Sequence record: LR588166.1 | Length of the DNA stretch: 64,000 nt | Reading direction: 5' to 3' (one strand) | Shown here: positions 58,018 through 64,000 of the stretch, one piece after another | Layout of the letters: each line of letters opens with the position of its first letter | Position numbering within the stretch: position 1 is the stretch's first letter | Notes under the pieces: generated by a model | What the model saw: only the letters and a program-made list of their open reading frames with translations | What the model was told of the DNA's origin: nothing | Database searches by the model: none | Program-made: the position numbers and the translations under genes

Positions 58018-58067
58018 ATTGACTAGAAAAAAATAATTTGTTAGTATTATAAAAAACTATTTTATAT

Positions 58068-59645
58068 ATGTCAGACTTAATAATACAAATAAAAGAATTG
58101 ATAAAAAGTAAACCAAAGCATTTTAGTGTTTTGATTAAAAAAGATTTAAAACTGGCAGAATTTGTAGAACAACACTGCACTAATCCCTCCAATACTGTGT
58201 ATGCTGCTAAAGTGTATACTGCCATAACCGGCGAAAAAGAAGAATGCAAATACGGAAACACAAAAAAATTTAATTCAATAAATGATGGGTTTAGATTTTG
58301 TGGTACTGCATCCTCGTGCAAGTGTTGTAAAGAAAGTGTATCTAATAACTTAGTGCAATCAAAAAAGATAGAAAATAAAGAAATATCAAAGAAAAAGCGT
58401 GAGAAAACTAATCTAAAAAAATACGGAGTATCAAATACTGGGCAATCTGCTATTGCTCTACAAAATCATGCAAAATTTTACGAAAATAAACAAAATGTAG
58501 ACAAAGTAACGTCTAAGATAAAGCACACCAAGTCAATAAAATACGGTAACAAAAATTTTAATGGTAATAAATGGTATTCTAAAATATCGGAAAAACTAAA
58601 AGAAAATAATTTATCTTTTACTATACAAGAACATGAATATAAAGGTATGGCAGAAACGTATTGCATAAGATGTGGAACCTGTAATACCACTTTTATGTCT
58701 AAGGTTAGATATAGTAGTATACCGACTTGTGCAATATGTATGCCGGAATTGACAGTATGTAATTCAACACAAGAACAAGAATTATTTAATTTTATAAGAC
58801 AACATTATTCTGGAGAAATAATAACTGGATCTAGAAAAATATTAGATTCTGGAAAAAGTTTAGATATATACCTTCCTGAAAAAAATCTTGCAATAGAATA
58901 TAATGGGCTTTATTGGCATGTAATAGATAACGATCGTTTACCGCACATAACTAAAACATATCATTATGACAAATATATAGGTTGTAAAGAAAAGGGAATA
59001 TCGTTAATTACTATATATGGACATTTGTATAACTCTAAAAAAACTATAATAGAAAACAGATTACTTCATAAATTAGGCTATACACAAGAGACGGTATATG
59101 CTAGAAAATGTATTATTAAAGATGTGCCTTCTGCAGAAGAAAAAGAATTTTTGAATAAAACGCATATACAAGGTTATGTTCCGTCATCTATAAAATACGG
59201 ATTGTATTTTAATGATGTATTAGTTGCATTAATGAGTTTTATAAAATCATCTAACAGAAACATTTCGGGAAATAACAGATACGACTACGAATTGCTTAGA
59301 TATGCAACATCTTGTTCGGTACTAGGCGGCGCATCTAAATTGTTTTCTCATTTTGTAAAGAATAATATTCCTAATTCTATAGTTTCATATTCACAAAACG
59401 AATGGAATACAGGCAATGTTTACCGTATATTAGGGTTCAAACAAGAACCTAAAATAAACATAGGATATTGGTATGTAAGTCCGGATTTTTGTAAAGTATA
59501 TCATAGGACTAATTATACTAAAAAGAAATTAATAGAACATGGCTTTAATTCAAATAAGTCAGAACACCAGATAATGGAAGAGCGTGGATTTAGACGACTA
59601 TATGATTGTGGTAATACCAAATGGGTGTGGGAAAACAAAATATAA
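58068..59645 (+). mobile_element. free-standing Hef-like homing endonuclease
   Basis: KTNLKKYGV.N repeat-type segment; LDIYLPEKNLAIEYNGLYWH; YARKC.IK...FL..H.QG, YEL.RYA; own TTGACT-17-TAGTAT promoter at 58019. Confidence 0.7.
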
Positions 59646-59662
59646 GTTTTTAAAATACAGAG

Positions 59663-60160
59663 TTGTGTTATACTTTAAAAATAAAAGGGGTTTTAGTGTC
59701 AGACATAGTTGATATACGTTTTGAGTTTGTAGGATACGATTCAGACATAAAATACGTAAATAATTGCGAAAATAGTGGATGTTATGATGAGGGTATATGT
59801 CGTTGTGGACATTTTGAAGATACAGATATAAATGGTATACCAGATGATCCCGAATATATTTTTCCAACTAAAATGTCTGTATGGAGACGAGTAGGATATA
59901 ATGGAATATATGATGATTACAAACATAGTTACTATGAAATCACTGAATCCGATAGAAAATATTTTGCAAAAATAATGCATTTTATCGGTTATACACTAGA
60001 TTCTTTTTATTTTGATATCGAATCGGGGTACTATGGCGAAGAAGGCGGAGATCTAGTACACGATAAACAGGGCTTGTTAAAATCTGCCATGATTGACATT
60101 TTAAACAGACCCGACGAAGAAGACAGATTGGTGTATTTATTATCTAAAACTTGGGAATAA
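59663..60160 (+). CDS. hypothetical protein with Cys-rich motif, paralog of the next gene
   Basis: NCENSGCYDEGICRC and GYYGEE.GD..H; start uncertain. Confidence 0.7.
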   Translation: MCYTLKIKGVLVSDIVDIRFEFVGYDSDIKYVNNCENSGCYDEGICRCGHFEDTDINGIPDDPEYIFPTKMSVWRRVGYNGIYDDYKHSYYEITESDRKYFAKIMHFIGYTLDSFYFDIESGYYGEEGGDLVHDKQGLLKSAMIDILNRPDEEDRLVYLLSKTWE

Positions 60161-60161
60161 T

Positions 60162-60860
60162 ATGGATACATTCATTACATTTTATGGCAGATACTATGCA
60201 ACTTTAGATTACGAACTGCAACACAATTGTAATAACGATTGTATAGAAAGCGGAATATGCAGATGTTCTGTAATAACATCCCCTGTAGTGGTATCTATCA
60301 ATAACTATAAAGTGTATGATATGGTCGAGGTGTTAGTAAATAAACCCGATTTAAACGGAACACCTAGATGTGTTAGATATATGTATAGTCAAATAGAGCA
60401 ATATTGTGTAGAAAGAATCATAACAAAACATAAAATTTTAGACGGTTCACTATATTATGTAACTGTAGAACGTGGTTATTACGGTGATGAAATCGGTGAC
60501 ATAATCCATGAAAATGAACAAAATGCAATGGATGATATATTAACGATGATTTCATTAAAAACCGATATAGAAAAACTACATTATGTTTTAATGTTAGAAT
60601 ACGGGTATATTGCTCCTATAATTTCTGAGTGTAAAAACTTGGCTATTAAAAAAGTATGTATAACTGATATAGTTCCTACTATTGCATATAAAAGTATGGA
60701 ACCTCAGCATACCTATCATTTAGATGTATATGATGATATGATAATGGGTGTGCTAAAGGGAAATAAATTGATTGATGGTAATCATAGATATTCATTCTAT
60801 ATGAATACAATGAGAGATAAAAACAAAGATAACTTTGTATATTATATAGAATTATCTTAA
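60162..60860 (+). CDS. Cys-rich paralog fused to a ParB-like C-terminal domain
   Basis: NCNNDCIESGICRC, GYYGDEIGD..H, LIDGNHRY. Confidence 0.7.
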   Translation: MDTFITFYGRYYATLDYELQHNCNNDCIESGICRCSVITSPVVVSINNYKVYDMVEVLVNKPDLNGTPRCVRYMYSQIEQYCVERIITKHKILDGSLYYVTVERGYYGDEIGDIIHENEQNAMDDILTMISLKTDIEKLHYVLMLEYGYIAPIISECKNLAIKKVCITDIVPTIAYKSMEPQHTYHLDVYDDMIMGVLKGNKLIDGNHRYSFYMNTMRDKNKDNFVYYIELS

Positions 60861-60870
60861 AGGTGTATAT

Positions 60871-61176
60871 ATGAAAACAATAGGCGTTGATTATGATGAC
60901 ACTATATCACAAGATGATAACGGATGGTTATCTGTATTACTTGCACTTGAGCATATTGGATACAGGGTTGTTATTGTTACTTACCGTAATCCTACCTGCT
61001 ATCCAGAAGATCTTCAATTTTTAATAGATAAAGGATATAAGGTATACTTTACAAGTCAACATGCTAAAAGAACGTATATGGAAAATCTTGGCATAGATAT
61101 AGATATTTGGATAGACGATAGTCCTGAATCTATATTATATAATTATGATTCATATTTAGGTAAGTATATAAAATAA
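60871..61176 (+). CDS. HAD-superfamily phosphatase
   Basis: IGVDYDDTI motif I, IVTYR motif II, WIDDSP motif IV. Confidence 0.8.
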   Translation: MKTIGVDYDDTISQDDNGWLSVLLALEHIGYRVVIVTYRNPTCYPEDLQFLIDKGYKVYFTSQHAKRTYMENLGIDIDIWIDDSPESILYNYDSYLGKYIK

Positions 61177-61201
61177 AAAAGGAGCATAATGCTCCTTTTT
61201 T
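61175..61201. terminator. terminator hairpin
   Basis: AAAAAAGGAGCAT-a-ATGCTCCTTTTTT. Confidence 0.8.
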
Positions 61202-61236
61202 ATTGATAAATATATGCATCTTAAGGAATAAGGTGT

Positions 61237-64000
61237 ATGTCGAGTAAAATTAAATTCACGGATCAATATATCCTATCTAGTGTTGGGCAAACTTCTAATA
61301 ATATAGTATATTTGCAAGTAAATGATGATCAGCAATTAGTTGTTACTCATCCTATGTATGCAACTGAATGGTCTACATTAGGTGGGCTTAGAGTAACAGG
61401 TGATCAGTCTAAATTTGATGGATCATTAGAAGTTGGATATGAATTACTAGTAGGACAAACATCTACCTTTAACAACGACATGGTAGTAAACGGTTTAGTT
61501 ACAGTAAACAGAGATTCTCTAGATGCAATGCTCATTCACGGGAATGTTACATTACATGGCAACTTAACTGTAGTAGGTAGCAGCTCAGGGACTACGCCCG
61601 GGCAAGTAACTATTTCCGACAACATTATGGTTGTGAATACAGATGACGTAGGTCCGGGCGTCACTGCAACATATTCTGGCTTTGAAGTCCAGCGTGGAAT
61701 TCCCGTAGGCGAAACTAATAGTCACGGTGAACCTGGTCAAGGTAAATTGCCTTCTGCTGGATTAGTTTGGAATGAAGTGCAAAAATCCTGGGATCTTAAT
61801 TATAACCCTATTCTTTCTGAAAAATTACCACAAAATCCTAGAATAATTAACTTAGGGCAGCCAGTTGCTGACAACGATGCTTCTACAAAAAAATATGTTA
61901 ATGATAGCATAACTGCTGCACTCGACGATGATATTTATTTAGATAGACTTACTGATGTAACAATTTCTTCTCCGGCTAATAAAAATATACTACAGTACGA
62001 TTCTTCTACATCGCAATGGAGAAATTTACCATATTCGTTTATACGATTAACGGATGTAACTGGTGTATCTGTCCCGAGAGGATATGTGAGATGGAATGCA
62101 GCAGGAACACAGTTAGTATATGAAACCACTATAGATTATGCACAGTTAACTGGGTTGTCTGATGTAGCTAAAGCAGGACAAGGAGCTCTAAGTTTTCTTA
62201 GTGATGTAACATTATCATCGTTATCTAATACACAGGCATTATTTTATAATGGAACCTCTTGGGTTAATAGACTAATTAATTACTCCGACATTCAAAATAC
62301 TCCTACTAACAATTCGTATAGTTTTATTGGATTAAATGATACAAATAATACAGTTGTTAATAACGGATATGTAAGATGGAATGCAGCAGGAACACAGTTA
62401 GTATATGAAACCACTATAGATTATGCACAGTTAACTGGGTTGTCTGATGTAGCTAAAGCAGGACAAGGATCGTTAGATTATTTAACAGATGTTAGTATAG
62501 GAACTGCTAGCTCTGGTAATGTGCTAAGATATAACGGAACTAATTGGGTAAACCAAGTATTATCATATACTGATCTTTCTAATACCCCTACTAACAATTC
62601 GTATAGTTTTATTGGATTAAATGATACTAACGATACTGCACTGTCGGGCGGCTATTTACGATGGAATCCCACTGGAACACAGATAGTATATCAATCCACT
62701 ATAGATTATGCCCAGTTAACTGGGTTATCTTCTGTTGCTAAAGCAGGACAAGGGGCTCTAAGTTTTCTTAGTGATGTAACTATATCGTCACCTGGCGCTA
62801 GTAATACATTGCGATACGATACTACTTCGTCTAAATGGGTAAACACTAGACTTGCTTATTCCGATTTAACAGGTCAACCAACCTCTGCTAATTATCAACT
62901 AGTTGGGTTAAGTGATACTGCAAGCACATCTGTACCACTTGGATATCTTAGATGGAACTCCGCTGGAACTCAAGTAACATATGCTACTACGATAGATATA
63001 TCAGTTATATCTGGTAAATCTACTGTAGCTTCTGCTGGTTCAGCAACACTATCTAATCTAGAAGATGCTGCTGTTACAACGCCTGCTGGCGGGAATACTT
63101 TAATATGGAATGCGTCTACAAATAAATGGACAAACGGCATATTAGATGTATCTAATATTACTAATGCTGTACCTGTTAGTAGAACAGTATCTGCAGGAAC
63201 TGGACTATCTGGCGGAGGAAATTTATCTAGTAATATTACGTTGTCGGTTAATAGAACATTAACTGATACATGGTATGCTGCTGCATCACATACTCATGAT
63301 GCATCTAACATTACGTCTGGTGTTATTGCGAATGCTAGACTGCCAGTTGGAAGCACAACAGCACAAGGTATTTTACAGTTAACAGATAGTGTTGCTAGCA
63401 CATCTACAACTACTGCCGCTACACCTAATTCAGTAAAAACTGCATATGATTTGGCAACGACAAAAGCTAATATATCACATACTCATGATGCATCTAATAT
63501 TACTACTGGTACTATTGCTGTAGCCAGACTTCCAGTTTCGTCTACTACTGCACAAGGTATAGTTCAGCTTACTGACGGTGTTGCTAGCACATCTACAACT
63601 ACTGCTGCTACACCCAATTCAGTAAAAACTGCATATGATTTGGCAACGACAAAAGCTAATGCTTCTCACACCCATGATGCATCTAATATTACGTCTGGTG
63701 TTATTGCGAATGCTAGACTGCCGTTTGCCTCAACTACTGTATATGGTATAGTAACTCTGTTAGATTCAGTTGCCAGTACATCTATATCTACTGCTGCTAC
63801 ACCGAATTCGGTGAAAACTGCATATGACTTAGCAACGACAAAAGCTAATATATCACATACACATACTCCTGTTCAAGTAGGTTTATCGAATATTTCTAAT
63901 AACGGAAATACTATAACGGGAAATACAACTATATCCGGTGCATTGTCAGTAACAGGAAATGCTGTTTTTAATACATCTGATATAAAATTAAAAGATAATA
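61237..64000 (+). CDS. long tail fibre protein, truncated at window end (not in ORF track)
   Basis: AAGGT RBS, GATAAATA at 61205; open frame to 64000; four ~95-aa repeats; three 63-aa tail-fibre repeats (GI.QL.D.VASTS...AATP.SVK); SDIKLK start of an S74-type chaperone. Confidence 0.9.
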   Translation, partial: MSSKIKFTDQYILSSVGQTSNNIVYLQVNDDQQLVVTHPMYATEWSTLGGLRVTGDQSKFDGSLEVGYELLVGQTSTFNNDMVVNGLVTVNRDSLDAMLIHGNVTLHGNLTVVGSSSGTTPGQVTISDNIMVVNTDDVGPGVTATYSGFEVQRGIPVGETNSHGEPGQGKLPSAGLVWNEVQKSWDLNYNPILSEKLPQNPRIINLGQPVADNDASTKKYVNDSITAALDDDIYLDRLTDVTISSPANKNILQYDSSTSQWRNLPYSFIRLTDVTGVSVPRGYVRWNAAGTQLVYETTIDYAQLTGLSDVAKAGQGALSFLSDVTLSSLSNTQALFYNGTSWVNRLINYSDIQNTPTNNSYSFIGLNDTNNTVVNNGYVRWNAAGTQLVYETTIDYAQLTGLSDVAKAGQGSLDYLTDVSIGTASSGNVLRYNGTNWVNQVLSYTDLSNTPTNNSYSFIGLNDTNDTALSGGYLRWNPTGTQIVYQSTIDYAQLTGLSSVAKAGQGALSFLSDVTISSPGASNTLRYDTTSSKWVNTRLAYSDLTGQPTSANYQLVGLSDTASTSVPLGYLRWNSAGTQVTYATTIDISVISGKSTVASAGSATLSNLEDAAVTTPAGGNTLIWNASTNKWTNGILDVSNITNAVPVSRTVSAGTGLSGGGNLSSNITLSVNRTLTDTWYAAASHTHDASNITSGVIANARLPVGSTTAQGILQLTDSVASTSTTTAATPNSVKTAYDLATTKANISHTHDASNITTGTIAVARLPVSSTTAQGIVQLTDGVASTSTTTAATPNSVKTAYDLATTKANASHTHDASNITSGVIANARLPFASTTVYGIVTLLDSVASTSISTAATPNSVKTAYDLATTKANISHTHTPVQVGLSNISNNGNTITGNTTISGALSVTGNAVFNTSDIKLKDN

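Noticed and set aside
1-64000. tRNA, tmRNA, rRNA, integrase or transposase genes
   Set aside because: No recognisable cloverleaf/TTC-GA arm pattern or recombinase motifs by eye; tRNAscan-SE/ARAGORN were not run.

Overview
A 64-kb piece of a large, AT-rich, T4-like (jumbo) myophage genome using the standard genetic code. The host is probably a GC-rich Proteobacterium such as Pseudomonas; this is inferred from GC-rich islands and a DUF1566 gene. Layout: (i) 1-9.6 kb, an early/accessory region of short genes in terminator-motif-sigma70 promoter cassettes, with a DenV-like glycosylase, a DUF1566 (CLec) gene, a candidate ~160-nt sRNA and eight Fur-box-like 21-mers; (ii) 9.6-15.4 kb, a perfect 46-bp tandem array, an oppositely skewed G-rich repeat, chains of coupled micro-ORFs and a macrodomain-like gene; (iii) 15.4-41.6 kb, a minus-strand tail/baseplate module (fibres, a 3857-aa wedge protein, gp6, gp25, gp5, hub, gp53, tube cap); (iv) 41.7-46.6 kb, gp55-gp47-gp46, a ParB-like gene and a resolvase; (v) 46.6-48.1 kb, an ORF-free stretch that looks like a ~900-nt structured RNA plus a palindrome cluster; (vi) 48.1-64 kb, a gp26-like chaperone with a -1 frameshift extension, tape measure, portal, core, protease, scaffold, major capsid, Hef-like endonuclease, accessory genes and a truncated repeat-rich long tail fibre. 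Best leads: the ~900-nt RNA, the Fur-box array, the anti-SD sRNA and the frameshift. All family assignments come from motif recognition, not database searches.
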